From an uncultured Planctomycetaceae bacterium (GTDB taxonomy: Bacteria; Planctomycetota; Planctomycetia; Isosphaerales; Isosphaeraceae): a stretch of 64,000 nt of DNA. The notes below the pieces were generated by a model. The model saw nothing but the letters and a program-made list of their open reading frames with translations, did not search any database and was not told where the DNA came from. The stretch is from assembly GCA_963833985.1 (NCBI GenBank), contig CAWIAD010000001.1:3136001-3200000 (forward strand), written 5' to 3'. Shown in pieces: positions 1 through 11,677 of this stretch. A program made the translations under genes and the position numbers. Position 1 is the first letter of the stretch. Each line of letters starts with the position of its first letter.

Positions 1-481
1 ACCTCTATTACCGGCTCAACGTGATGCCGATCTACATGCCGCCATTACGCTCGCGGATCGAGGACGTGCCTGACCTCTCCCGGGCGCTCGTCAGTCGTAT
101 CGGCACGCGCCAGGGACGCCAGTTGCTCGTCACGGATTGTGCGCTGCGGCTCTTGATCCAGTACGATTGGCCCGGGAATATCCGTGAGCTCGAGAACGTG
201 CTGGAGCGCGCCGCGGTCATGGCCGAGGACGGCATGATTGACCATGAGGCCCTCACGCTGAGCGGTCTCGAGGACCGCATCCTCTCGCGCGGCGGAAATC
301 TGATCCAGCTTCAGCCCAAGGTGAACTTCAACGACCCTGACCTCGACGAGCGCGAGCGCATCGTCTCGGCGCTGGAGAGCCCGGCTGGGTTCAGGCCAAG
401 GCCGCCCGCCTGCTCGGGATGACTCCCAGGCAGATTGCCTACCGGATCCAGCAGTTCAACATCAAGATGAGACGGCTCTGA
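1..481 (+). CDS. nifA: NifA-type sigma54-dependent activator, 3' part (AAA+ end and HTH); 5'-truncated by window; frameshift near 378-382
   Basis: [35 protein letters not shown], then in the frame starting at 383 [32 protein letters not shown] (stop 479-481), the characteristic NifA C-terminal HTH. Confidence 0.85.
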
Positions 482-517
482 TCGCCGCGGCCCCAGAACC
501 GTGCGCAGCGAGCGAGC

Positions 518-1836
518 CTAGCGGCGCTCGCCCATCGGCATGTAGGCGCACGGGATGACCCGGTGTAAATCTGCCTTGGCCGGCCGATGCGCCGGTCCGG
601 ATCGCGGTAGAGCTCGTACCAGTGAGCGATCCACCCCGGGATCCGTCCGATGGAGAACATCACTGTGAACATGTTCACCGGGATGCCGATCGCGCAGAAT
701 GATGCCCGAGTAGAAGTCGACGTTGGGATACAGCTTGCGCTCCAGGAAGTAATCATCCGAGAGGGCGATTGCGGCCAGCTCCTCGGCGATCTCCAGCAGC
801 GGATCAGCCACCCCCAGGGTGGCCAGCAGCTCCTCGGCGGTCTGCATGAGGATCTTGGCCCGAGGGTCAAAGTGCTTGTAGACGCGGTGGCCAAAGCCCA
901 TCAGGCGAAACTTCTTCGCCTTCACCTTCTCGACGATCGATCGAGGACTCTCGCCCCCCTTGTGGATCTGCTCGAGCATCTCGATCACGGCCATGTTGGC
1001 GCCGCCGTGCGAAGGTCCCCAGAGCGCACAGACTCCGGCCGCGACGCAGGCGAAGACGTTCGCGACCGACGAGCCGACCATGCGCACGGTCGATGTTGAG
1101 CAGTTCTGTTCGTGATCGGCATGGAGGATCAGGAACCGGCTCGCGCCTTGACGACCTGGGGCGTGGGCTCGTCGCGCCGGTGCGGCTTGGAGAACATCAT
1201 GTGCAGGAAGTTGCGGCAATAGCTCAGGCCCGGATCGGGATACTCCACGCGCTGGCCCAGCGTCATCTTGTAGCTGAACGCCGCGATCGTGCGGACCTTG
1301 CTCATGAGAATGGCCACGGCGGCCAGGAAGTGGTCCGGGTCCAGGTCGGTATCCAGCAGCTCGGGATGGTAACAGCCGCAGGCGTTGATCATCGCCGAGA
1401 GCATGGCCATGGGATGCCCGTGGGGCGGGAAACCCTCGAAGTGGTTGCGCATCCCCTCGTGCAGCAACTGCTGCTCGGTCAAGAGCTCACGGAAGCGGGC
1501 AAGCTGAGCTTCACTGGGCAGCTCGCCGTAGATGAGCAGCCAGGCCGTCTCGATGAAGGTGCTGTGCTCGGCAAGCTCCTCAATCGGGTAGCCACGGTAA
1601 CGCAGGACGCCGCTCTCGCCGTCGATGAACGTGATCTTGCTTTCACAGGCCCCCGTATTGCTATACCCGGGGTCCAGCGTGATGTATCCGGTCCGGTCGC
1701 GCAGGGTCGTGATGTCGATGGCCAGCTCATCCTCGGTTCCCGAGAGGATCGGCAACCGGACCTCTTCGCCGGGGATCTGGAGTACGGCCGTTTTGAGCTC
1801 GGGTTTGTGACGTGGATGTTCAGGAGAGATCAACAT
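518..1836 (-). CDS. gltA: Citrate synthase, split by about three frameshifts (~1140, ~695, ~560)
   Basis: [100 protein letters not shown] across successive frames. Confidence 0.93.
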
Positions 1837-2102
1837 GATGACCGCCTCGCCAGGGTGTGGCTCAGGCCGGCATCGCCTGAGTCTGAAGTACTGAAGTCTT
1901 TTTGATGCAACCAAATTAGCAAAAAGCGCACCCAAGTCCCCGTGGCGGATGTGGGACGATCAACCCGTGAGACGTTCCTGCGTTTCATCGACTCCGGACG
2001 TTCCGCGCAGTCCGTTCCCGACCGGCTCGCCGTGTCCACACACGCGGGTGCTTCACGACGAGCGGTTGACTTCCTGCGCATTCGTGATCGATCCTCAGGC
2101 AC

Positions 2103-2783
2103 TCACGCCGAGCGGTCAAGCCTCCTCCGGCGATGCAGGACAACCCCAAGGCAGGCGGCGCCGGCCCAGCCTGCGAGGATCCAGGCCGGCGGCTCGGGAA
2201 CCGCCACAGCCGCGACGAGCAGGGACAGATCCGTGGGAACACCGGGTGCATGGGCACCGCGGAGGAATGCGGTGACGTCAAAGAACCCGCCCGGCGGAGT
2301 GACGAAGAAGACTCCGGGGCCCGGATCCAGGGAACCGGAGAGGAGACCGTCGAAGGCCACACTCACGGCGGTATTCTCAAGCGGTGTGGGATCGTTCAAT
2401 CCCGAGATGGTGACCTCGGTCGAGGCCACGCCAACCGGATTGCCGGCTGCCCCGGAAGGTTCCAGAAAGATCACGGTGTAGGTCACCGATTGACCCGGGC
2501 CCGGAGCATCCTTGCTGAGGTAATCCCCGCTAAAACTTGCCTGCTGGAGCACCCCGCTGGAAAAGCTGCCGGCGGCGGAGAACCCGCTCGAGGAAATCGA
2601 AATGGGCTGATCGACGTCATCGACCCAGATCGTGCCCGCGGTCACCGGAGTGCCCAGCAACCCCAGCAGCAAGAGCGAGCCGAGACCGCTCACGAGGCGG
2701 ATCGAGATTCCCGGGTCCTGCGGTTCTGATGAGTCCGCCGGGGGCGGCCCGAAAGCCGATGCCACTGCCGAATACCGAGGCAC
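2103..2783 (-). CDS. PEP-CTERM sorting-domain protein; true start may be GTG at 2693
   Basis: Hydrophobic signal LGSLLLLGLLGTPVTA; C-terminal VPEPPAWILAGWAGAACLGVVLHRRRR. Confidence 0.8.
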   Translation of the reverse strand: MPRYSAVASAFGPPPADSSEPQDPGISIRLVSGLGSLLLLGLLGTPVTAGTIWVDDVDQPISISSSGFSAAGSFSSGVLQQASFSGDYLSKDAPGPGQSVTYTVIFLEPSGAAGNPVGVASTEVTISGLNDPTPLENTAVSVAFDGLLSGSLDPGPGVFFVTPPGGFFDVTAFLRGAHAPGVPTDLSLLVAAVAVPEPPAWILAGWAGAACLGVVLHRRRRLDRSA

Positions 2784-3811
2784 CCACCGAGCACCAGGAT
2801 GCCCATGGCCATCTCCAGGAATGACGCGGGCTCCGGAACCAGCACGCCGCCGGTGTAAACGCCGATGGTCGGGGGCGGCCCGCTCAATCCGCTCGACGCG
2901 CCGAGCTGGATCCGCGAGCCGGGATCGGAGATGAGAGTCAGGTACGCATCGATTGACACCGTCATGTTCGCGCTCAGCGTGACGGAACCGAAAGTCTGAT
3001 ATCCCTGAATGTTGTAGATTCCCGGAGCGGTGGGAGTTTCGCCCATCATGGCGGTGCCCGTGTTCATCGTGCTGACCGTACCACCGTTGTAGCCCAGTGC
3101 CGAGATACCGGTGAACGAATCCGTTGCGACCACTTGATGGCTCGAATTCCTGATCACGATCGTTCCTTCCTCGCCGAGCACGACAAAGCTCCCCGCCGTC
3201 TGGCTGAGCGTGGCGTTGGCGTTGATGAGCATGCCCGGAATGGCCTTGAAGGCGGTGCCGCTCGCCAGGAAATCGGAATGCAGGTGCGTGAAGCTGACGG
3301 CGGCCGTGTTGGGAGTCATGATTGCCGCGCTCTGGAGATAGCTCCCCGAGTTGAACGAGATGCCGGTTTTCTGGTTCACGTCGGTGCCGTCATTGGGCAG
3401 GCTGACGGCCGCCTGCGCCGCAATCGCGGCCGTACCGAAGCTGGCTGGCAGGGGAGTCAAGAACGAGGAATTCGGCAGCGGGTTGGTCTGGTTGGCCGCG
3501 ATGACCTGTGTGTACGCGCCCTGGCCGGTGGGCAAGCTATAGCTTTGCGTGTTCCCGCTGACCGCGTTGAGTGCGGGGAACAAGGCGCTCCCTGTCGAGG
3601 TCAGCAAGCCGTTACTATTGAAGACGGGAGACCCCTGGCTCCCGGCCACCGTGCTGTACAGGGAGAAACTCAGCGACTCGGTACTTGTGGTCTGGACACT
3701 CAGTGTGCCGCCCAAAGTGCGGCGCGGCGGTGCGGCGAGGATCGCAAGGGTCCCCAGCAGCAACACCATCGACATCCTGCAAACCCGCCTGCTGCATCGA
3801 TTTTCACTCAT
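2690..3811 (-). CDS. PEP-CTERM sorting-domain protein, Ser/Thr/Gly-rich
   Basis: Signal peptide MSMVLLLGTLAILAA; C-terminal VPEPASFLEMAMGILVLGGCLGIRQWHR plus basic tail. Confidence 0.82.
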   Translation of the reverse strand: MSENRCSRRVCRMSMVLLLGTLAILAAPPRRTLGGTLSVQTTSTESLSFSLYSTVAGSQGSPVFNSNGLLTSTGSALFPALNAVSGNTQSYSLPTGQGAYTQVIAANQTNPLPNSSFLTPLPASFGTAAIAAQAAVSLPNDGTDVNQKTGISFNSGSYLQSAAIMTPNTAAVSFTHLHSDFLASGTAFKAIPGMLINANATLSQTAGSFVVLGEEGTIVIRNSSHQVVATDSFTGISALGYNGGTVSTMNTGTAMMGETPTAPGIYNIQGYQTFGSVTLSANMTVSIDAYLTLISDPGSRIQLGASSGLSGPPPTIGVYTGGVLVPEPASFLEMAMGILVLGGCLGIRQWHRLSGRPRRTHQNRRTRESRSAS

Positions 3812-4163
3812 GACACAACCTCCCCGACCGCCCGGGATGAGGGTTCGGTCGATCCGGAGAAACAATGGACCCGCGCACCCGCTCCCTGCTCGCGTGAGCG
3901 TGTCTTCATCAATCGCCCGTGAGTGAGGGCTCCGTCCCCAGCATGCGATCAAGGTGCGAACAGTGAGATGGTAATCACTCATCGGCCCGCACTGCAAGCG
4001 TCAGAAACGTGCGTTCACCGCTGCGAGATGATCACAAGCGTTGTTTGAACCACTCTTTTCGCCCGTTTGTAAATTCACGCGGGCGCATTGACTGGACCGC
4101 AACGCAGCGCATATTTACAGGGGATTCCACGCCGCTCTGGACCGGGGCCCTGCGGATCGAGAA

Positions 4164-7100
4164 ATGAGCAGAAGACGACGACGACAGCCGACTCGTGATC
4201 ACCGTTTCGCAGCCTGGGGCGAGCGAGTCGAGCAACGACTTTTGCCGGCAGCGTTTTTCGTGCAGAACACGTTCGATTCCGGCTCCGGATCGCTGCGCCA
4301 GGCGATCATCGACTCCAACGGCGTTCCCGGGAGAAACTCGATCTCCTTCAACATCACGCCGTCGGCCGCCTCATACGTCATCGATGTTCAGAACGCCCTG
4401 CCGGCAATCACGAACCCCGTACTCATCGACGGTACGAGCCAGCCTGGCTATTCGGGAATCCCCATCATCACGCTCAACGACGTCGGGACCGGCGCGGGGC
4501 CCGTGGGCGACGGCCTGCTGCTGGCCCCCGGCTCGGACGGGAGCACCATCGAGGGGCTGGACATCGCCAACTTCCAGGACCCCAACACCGGCGCGGGCGT
4601 CCACATTCAGTCCAGCGGCAACCTCGTCGCGGCGAACTCTCTGGGAACCAATCTGGCAGGCACGCTGGACGGACCTGGAAACCAGATCGGGGTCTTCATC
4701 GACGGCGGTTCGCAGAACACCATTGGCGGTACCGGATCGCTGGGCAACCTGATCTCCGGCAACATCAGCGTCGGCGTCTTGATCCAGGACGGCACCCAGC
4801 TCGCCACCGGCAACCTGGTCATCGGCAACAAGGTCGGCACCGACGCCAGCGGCACGGTCGCCGTGCCCAATCAGGGAGACGGCATCGACCTGTACGCCTC
4901 CGGCAACACCATCGGCGGTACCATTACCGCTGCTGCCAACCTGGTTTCGGCCAATCTCGGGTACGGCATCAACATTTCCAACATCATTAACCCGGCGGAC
5001 GACAACACGGTTGAAGGCAACCTGGTCGGCACCGACATCTCCGGCATGATCGCCCTGGGCAACGGCAGCGACGGCATCACGGACAACTCGGATGCCGGCA
5101 ACACGATCGGCGGCACGGCCTCCGGAGCCGGCAACCTGTGCTCCGCGAATCAGGGCCAGGGCATCAGCCTTTTCAGCGTCTCGAACGATCTGCTCGCCGG
5201 CAACATTCTCGGCACCACGCCCGGCTCGATCACCGACAACCCATCCCGGTTCCATCGCCTGGGCAACGCCGGCAACGGCATTCTCGTCACCGCACAAAGC
5301 ACAAACAACGTGATCGGACTCCCGGCGCGGGGAACCTGATCGCGGCGAACGCGGCCAACGGCATCGACATCGGTCTGGGGTCCGACTTCAACACGATCTC
5401 GGGGAACGCGATCGGCACAACGCTGGCTTCCGGCTCATCGGTCATCATCGGCGCGCCCATCAACCTCGGCAACCAGCAATTCGGTATTCTGCTCCGGAAC
5501 GTGTCGGCCAATACGGTCGGCGGCGTGGATACGCTCAATTCCGCTGGCCAGTTCACTCAGTTCGGCGGCAACATCATCGCGCAGAACGGTCAAAGCGGAA
5601 TCGATCTGCTGGGGAACGATTCCGGTGTGACCGGCGGCACGGCGAACCTGGGGAACGCGATCGCGGGCAACCTGATCGGCACCAGCGCCGATGGCTCGCG
5701 AGCGGTGCCCAACGCCGGTGACGGCATCCTCATGAGCGGCACCACGGACAACACGATCGGCGGTACGAACGTCCTGAACTCCGATGGCTCGCTGAGCAGC
5801 TTCTCCGGCAACCTGATCTCGGGCAACGCCGGAACCGGGTTGCTCCTGAGCGCATCAAACCAGAACCTGGCCGAGGGGAACTGGATCGGCACGAACCTCG
5901 CGGGCACGGGCAGCGTTCCTAACGCCGTCCTGGGAGTGCTGATCTTTTCGGGTGCGTCCGGCAATTCCATCGGCGCGGCGAACATCGACGGGTCGGCCGC
6001 CAACCTCGTCTCCGGCAACGCGCAGGCCGGCATCGAGATCCAGGGCGCCGGCACATCCGGCAACGTGGTGCAGGGCAACCGCGTCGGCCTGGCGGCCTCC
6101 GGTACCGCAACGATTCCCAACCTGAGTGACGGCATCGTCGTCAGCGCCGCCAGCAACATCATCGGCGGCACGGCCACCGGGGCGGGCAACGTGATATCGG
6201 GGAACCTGGGATCGGGCGTCCGCATCACCGATTCGCTCCCTTCCTTTGGCACGACCAGCGCCGATGACAACCAGCTTCTGGGAAACGTCATCGGATTATC
6301 TCCTGCCGGAACCTCCGCCGGACTGGGCAACGTGCAGAACGGCGTGGAGATCGATAACGCCGCGGGCACCACGATCGGAGGCGCGACGGCCACGGCTGGC
6401 ACTGGCGCCGGCAACGTGATCTCGGGAAACCGCCAGTCGGGCATCGCGCTCTCCGGGTCGACGACGGGCTCGCTGATCCTCGGGAATCTTGTCGGCCTCG
6501 ACGCCAGCGGGGCCGCGACCCAGGGGAACTTCATCGCCGGCATCGTGCTCAGTGGCGTATCGGGCAATACGATCGGCGGCGCCATCCCCGGGGCGGGGAA
6601 CGTGCTGTCAAACAACGGTACCGCGGGGCTTCAGATCGACGCGGGTGCGAACAACCTGGCCGAGGGCAATCGCATCGGCACCGACCGGTCGGCCACAGCG
6701 GCCGCAGGCAACCTCCAGAACGGCGTGGACATCAATCACAGCTCGGGCAACACGATCGGCGGCACCACCGGCCTGGCCGGCAACATCATCTCGGGCAATA
6801 ACCTGTCGGGTATCTACATCTCGGGAGCAGGGGCAACGGGCAACGCCGTGCTGGGCAACCTGATCGGGACCGACCGCTCGGGCACTCTGGCGGTGCCCGA
6901 CGGGCAGGACGGGGTGGTCGTCGACTCCGCGCTCTCGAACACGATCGGCGGCATCATCCCCGGCGCGGGAAATGTGATCTCGGGGAACCGGTCGCACGGG
7001 GTGGAGCTTCGTGGCACGACCTCCACGCCGGCCCAGCTCAACGTGGTGGAGGGAAACCTGCTGGGCACCGCCGTGAACGGCCTCACGGCTCTGGGCAACG

Positions 7101-9464
7101 CTCAGGACGGGGTGTTCCTCTCCGCCGGGACCAGCGGCAATCGCGTGGGCGGCACCGTTTCCGGCGCGGGCAACGTGATCTCGGGGAACCTCGCCAATGG
7201 CGTGGAGCTGGTCCCAGGCGCCACCGGTAACCTTGTGGCCGGCAACCTCATCGGCATCGATCTGACGGGCACTCAGCCCGTGGGCAACAGCAATGTCGGC
7301 GTGGTCGTCTACGACACTGCCGCCAATACGATCGGCGGCACCGTTTCCGGCGCGGGCAACGTGATCTCGGGGAACCGCTCCAGCGGCGTGCTGATCACCG
7401 GCGTCACGTCGACGGGCAACCAGATCGCCGGCAACCTCATCGGCACTGATCGCAACGGCTCCTTCGCGGTGCCCAACGCGTCCACCGGTCTGACCATCGA
7501 CAGCGCCGGACAATGTCATCGGCGGCGACGTCCCAGGCGCAGGCAACGTCATCGCTGGCAACCGCGCCTTCGGCGTGTTCCTCCTGGGCACCAGCGCGAC
7601 CGGCAACCGCATCGCGGGCAACTTCATCGGCACCAATCGGGCCGGTGCAAGCAACCTCGGCAACGCGCTCGACGGCCTGATCCTCAGCGACGCCCCGGGC
7701 AACACGATCGGCGGCACCGTCGCCGCGGACCGGAACATTATCTCCGGCAACGGCGGCAACGGCGTGAACATCCTCAACATCGCCGGCCCGGACCGCGTGG
7801 CCATCCTCGGCAACTTCATCGGTACCAGCCCGTCGGGCCTGGCCGCGCTGGGCAACGGCATGTCCGGCGTACTGCTCAACGGCGTGAGCGGCACGGTCAT
7901 CGCCGGCGCGGCCCTCCCGAATGTGATCTCGGGCAATGGCGGCAACGGGATTTACGTTCTGGGAGCCAGCGCCGCGGGGACCATCATCGAGGGGAGCCTG
8001 ATCGGCATCGGTATCACCGGAACGGCCGCACTTGGCAATGGCGGCGACGGAATCGCGCTGGAGGGCGCGCCAGGCGCGACCCTCGGCGGCACGACGGCCG
8101 GCCTGGGGAACCTGATCAGCGGCAACGCGGGCAACGGCATCCATCTCTACGGCGGCACGGCCGATGGCAACCTGATTCTGGGGTCAACCATCGGAACGGA
8201 CGCGGCTGGTGAGGTCTCGGTCCCGAACGGCGGCTTTGGCATCTCGATCGAAGGCGTGGCCGACAACCTCGTGCAGGCGAGCCTGATCTCGGGCAACTCG
8301 TCCGGCGGCGTTCAGATCAGTCTGCTGGGTGCAGGGGGCAACCGGATCTATGGCTGCACGATCGGCACCGACCGCACCGGGCAGTTCGCGCTCAGCAACG
8401 GCGCCGCGGCGCAGGGAAACGGCGTCGGGGTCTTCATCAATGGAGCGGCGGGCAATGACGTCGGCGGAGCCGCCCCCGGCGAAGGGAACATCCTCTCGGG
8501 CAACGCGACCGCGGGCGTTTACCTCTTCGGCCGCTTCGCCTCGGCCAACATGGTCCAGGGCAACCTGATCGGCACGAATGCCAGCGGCCAGCGGCCCATC
8601 CTTCAACAAGGGGGATCGACACCGAGCCAGCAGCTTGGTGTCCTGATCAACCAGGCTCCCGGCCTGAACCTTCAGGATGTAAGTCCCGGCGCAGGCAATA
8701 CCATCGGCGGGGCGAGCAGCGGAGCGGGCAATGTCATCTCGGGCAACATCGTGGGTATCGAGATCAGCGGCTCCGAATCGAGCGGCAACGTGGTTGCGGG
8801 GAACCTGGTCGGCCCGAGCGCCAGTGGCGGCGCCGGGGCGGGCAACACGGTGGGAGTCTACATCAACGGTGCGGCGGGGAACCTGATCGGGGTCGGCGGA
8901 GGCAATGTGATCTCGGGGAACAGCGACGTCGGTATCTACATCCTGGGAAGCGTTTCCTCGGGCAACATCGTTTCCGGGAACCTGGTCGGTCTGGCTGCCG
9001 ATGGCGTTAGCCGGCTACCGAATCAGACCGGCATCTACCTGGAGAACGCGCCCGCCAACCAGATCGGCGCCCCGTCGCAGTCTTCGGGCAACGTGGTTTC
9101 GGCCAATACCTCGGTGGGGGTTTACGTTCTGGGCGGACAGTCCGTGGGCAACGTGATCCAGGGGAACACAATCGGCCTGACGGCCGCCGGCGGCCGCGCC
9201 GGAAACGCCCAGTACGGGGTGCTGCTCTACAACGCGCCTTCCAACACGGTCGTTCGCAGCGGTCCCAGCAGCAACCGGATTTCCGGGAGCGGCATCGCCA
9301 ACTTCCGCGAGTTCACCGGCCGCCCGGTCTACGCCAATTCCTCCAGCGGCCAGACCGCACGCCAGAGGCGTTCCACGCGTACCAGCAACGTCGCAAGCGG
9401 CGTGCTGCTCGGACACGCGGCTCCCGCCGGACCTCGGAGCTGGAAGAGTCTGGTCCGGCCCTGA
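4164..9464 (+). CDS. Large secreted right-handed parallel beta-helix repeat protein; frameshifts near 5330 and 7505
   Basis: N-terminal planctomycete extracellular signal (MSRRRRR..ERVEQRLLPA), DSGSGSLRQAI, many GNxIGT / NTIGG / GNVISGN repeats across ORFs 4164, 5138 and 7575. Confidence 0.85.
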
Positions 9465-9501
9465 CGCTGGCGCCAGGCATGGACTGAGGCCTGCCTCGCG
9501 C

Positions 9502-9933
9502 TCAGTGCCGGAGCAGGCCGAGTAGCCTCTCGATTTCCTCGTGCACCTCGGGCGTATGGCGGATGATGAGCGCCGGAGGCAAGAGCCAGGGGATCACCGC
9601 ACCGACGGGGCGGGCAGCCCCGAACCCCTGGGCACTCCTCGCGCGGCGCTGCCGGCGCTTCTCGACCGTCTGGCGGATGGAATCGCGATACGCCTGGCTT
9701 GGCTCTTTGCGCGGCTGGGCCGCTTTCTGTACGGCCTGCCCGGCACGGTTCGCGCTCTTGCGATTGGCACCGCCTGGTTTCGCCTTCGCGGTCGCCGGTG
9801 CGGTCGCGGTGGACGCGCCTGGGCCGGCCGACTGAGCACTGGCGTCCTGCGTCGCCGTCACGAAGAGCCAGACCGCCAGAGAAGCGGCGAGCCCGTGCGG
9901 CAAGAATTGGAATCTAAGCGCGGTACGCGCCAT
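9502..9933 (-). CDS. Hypothetical secreted basic protein
   Basis: Signal-like N-terminus ending ASAQ; C-terminal WLLPPALIIRHTPEVHEEI; collinear with upstream genes. Confidence 0.65.
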   Translation of the reverse strand: MARTALRFQFLPHGLAASLAVWLFVTATQDASAQSAGPGASTATAPATAKAKPGGANRKSANRAGQAVQKAAQPRKEPSQAYRDSIRQTVEKRRQRRARSAQGFGAARPVGAVIPWLLPPALIIRHTPEVHEEIERLLGLLRH

Positions 9934-10080
9934 GGGCTTCGCCCTCCGTGATCACACCCGGACCGGCCCTCAAACGTTCGTTGCCGTATGCATTCGTAGA
10001 CTACCCTGGCGACTTGGGCCGATCAAGGACCCCAGCCGCCGGCAGTACAGACAGAAGGTGGAGTAACCACCCGGCAGACC

Positions 10081-11553
10081 TCAACCGCCGATGATGGGCG
10101 GAGCCGCGTACGAGCGCGAGCGGCCAAAGCGCCAGTTCAGGAGCACGATCGCCTCGTAATTGAACGGCCGGGGTCCGGTGACCGGAGTCACCCAGCCGAA
10201 GGTGATGACTGACTGCCGGTAAAAGGTCACGTTCAGGCCGTAGGTCAGGTCCACCACGTCGGCCGTGCCAGTGGGATCGTTGGCGTTGAACCAGTCGCGA
10301 TGTGTCAGCGGGTCGTTGACGTGGACCTCGAAGGTGGGCGCGATGCTCGTGAGGGCATTGTTGGGGTCGCTCGCCCGGAAAAGGAAATAGCCAATGCCGA
10401 TGTCGTTGTAGACCATCGTCACGTCGCGGATCGAGGACGGGGCCGAGAGCGACAGGAAACCGTGGAGGTAGAACCGGTCGCGGATCAGCAGGTAGCCGAT
10501 GAACGGCTGGATCTCGGTGCTATGAATACCCTGGATGTACTTCGCCCCCGCGAACTGGCTGGGGCCGGTCGGCAGCGTCATCTCCAGGCCGACCGAGAGC
10601 AGGCTGCCGGTCGCTGGATTGGCCTTGATGACGTACTTGGTGAAGAGACTCAGGTCGTTGAGCGACGTGCTGGTGCCGCCCGGCTTGTTGAAGCTTCCCG
10701 AGACGGTCGAATCAGCACTCAACTGGTCCAGCGGCAGCCTCGCCCCGAACGAGCCGTAACCCTCGTCGAAGGTTTTCTCGAAGCCGAAAATATAGCGATA
10801 GCCGGTGAGATTATTGACCGGCGACTCGAACCGGCGGTTGAGAGCTCCGTTCAGGTCCGAGAAATAGTTGAAGGTGAAGAAAACGCGGTCTTGCGGCTGT
10901 GGCGACTGGTTTTCGGCGATCTTGAACCCGCGCACCGACGGGACGATCGCCGAGGCAAGACGCGGGCTGGGTGGCGGAGGGGGCGTACCGGGCGGAAAGG
11001 GCTGCGGCAAGCCCGGCACCGCGGCCTGGTGGAGCACCGCAGGCGCCTGGTCGCCGATCATCTGAAAATCGGGGCCGGAAGTCAGCCTGCGTGTACTCAA
11101 GAGCCCGGAAGAAACCGCGGGGCCTTCGCCGAAGAGCGAGGCATTCGCGTTCGAAAAGCTGGTCACGGCGGGACTGCCGGCCATGGCCGAGGAGAACATT
11201 CCTTCGGTGCCGCCGAAGGGTGGTGCCACTCCTGCCGGCTGGCCGGGCAGTGGCGGAACGGGCTGCGCAGGGGGGACTGCTGCCGCGGAGGCTCCAGCCC
11301 TGGGAGTCGTGGCGGCCGGAGATCCCGAGGTGGGCGGCGTCGCTCTGCCGGGCACGGCCGGCACCTGCGAGGGTCGCCCCGGAACAGCGCCGGAAGCCGT
11401 TGGCGCTGGACGTTGTACAGGCCGGTTCGGCACGGCTGTGGAAGTACCCAGGCCAGGCGGCAAGGGCGGCAAATCGGGAACTTGCCCGCAGGCGTTGGCC
11501 CAAACGCACCAGAGGCCCAGGCTGAAGCCCCCGAGAACCGACCTCACCTGCAT
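10081..11553 (-). CDS. Planctomycete-type exported protein: Pro-rich N-terminus plus putative outer-membrane beta-barrel
   Basis: FKIAENQSPQPQDRVFFTFNYF followed by amphipathic beta strands ending YEAIVLLNWRF. Confidence 0.7.
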   Translation of the reverse strand: MQVRSVLGGFSLGLWCVWANACGQVPDLPPLPPGLGTSTAVPNRPVQRPAPTASGAVPGRPSQVPAVPGRATPPTSGSPAATTPRAGASAAAVPPAQPVPPLPGQPAGVAPPFGGTEGMFSSAMAGSPAVTSFSNANASLFGEGPAVSSGLLSTRRLTSGPDFQMIGDQAPAVLHQAAVPGLPQPFPPGTPPPPPSPRLASAIVPSVRGFKIAENQSPQPQDRVFFTFNYFSDLNGALNRRFESPVNNLTGYRYIFGFEKTFDEGYGSFGARLPLDQLSADSTVSGSFNKPGGTSTSLNDLSLFTKYVIKANPATGSLLSVGLEMTLPTGPSQFAGAKYIQGIHSTEIQPFIGYLLIRDRFYLHGFLSLSAPSSIRDVTMVYNDIGIGYFLFRASDPNNALTSIAPTFEVHVNDPLTHRDWFNANDPTGTADVVDLTYGLNVTFYRQSVITFGWVTPVTGPRPFNYEAIVLLNWRFGRSRSYAAPPIIGG

Positions 11554-11677
11554 ATCCGGCTCCGTGCCATGGGGGTCACTGCTTCCGCGGCGCCACACCG
11601 CCAGATAGTTCCTTCGTCAAGATCGGCAAAAATGGCCTAGACGTTAAGAGTTCTCTCCCGCTCCAGCCAGATTTCGA

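Noticed and set aside
518..1836. Homocitrate synthase (nifV) because it adjoins nifA
   Set aside because: Motifs are those of Si-citrate synthase ([16 protein letters not shown]), not the DRE-TIM family, and the gene is convergent with nifA.
4164..9464. Three separate beta-helix genes or a pseudogene
   Set aside because: The repeat pattern continues seamlessly across both frame changes, so a single gene with indel errors is more likely.
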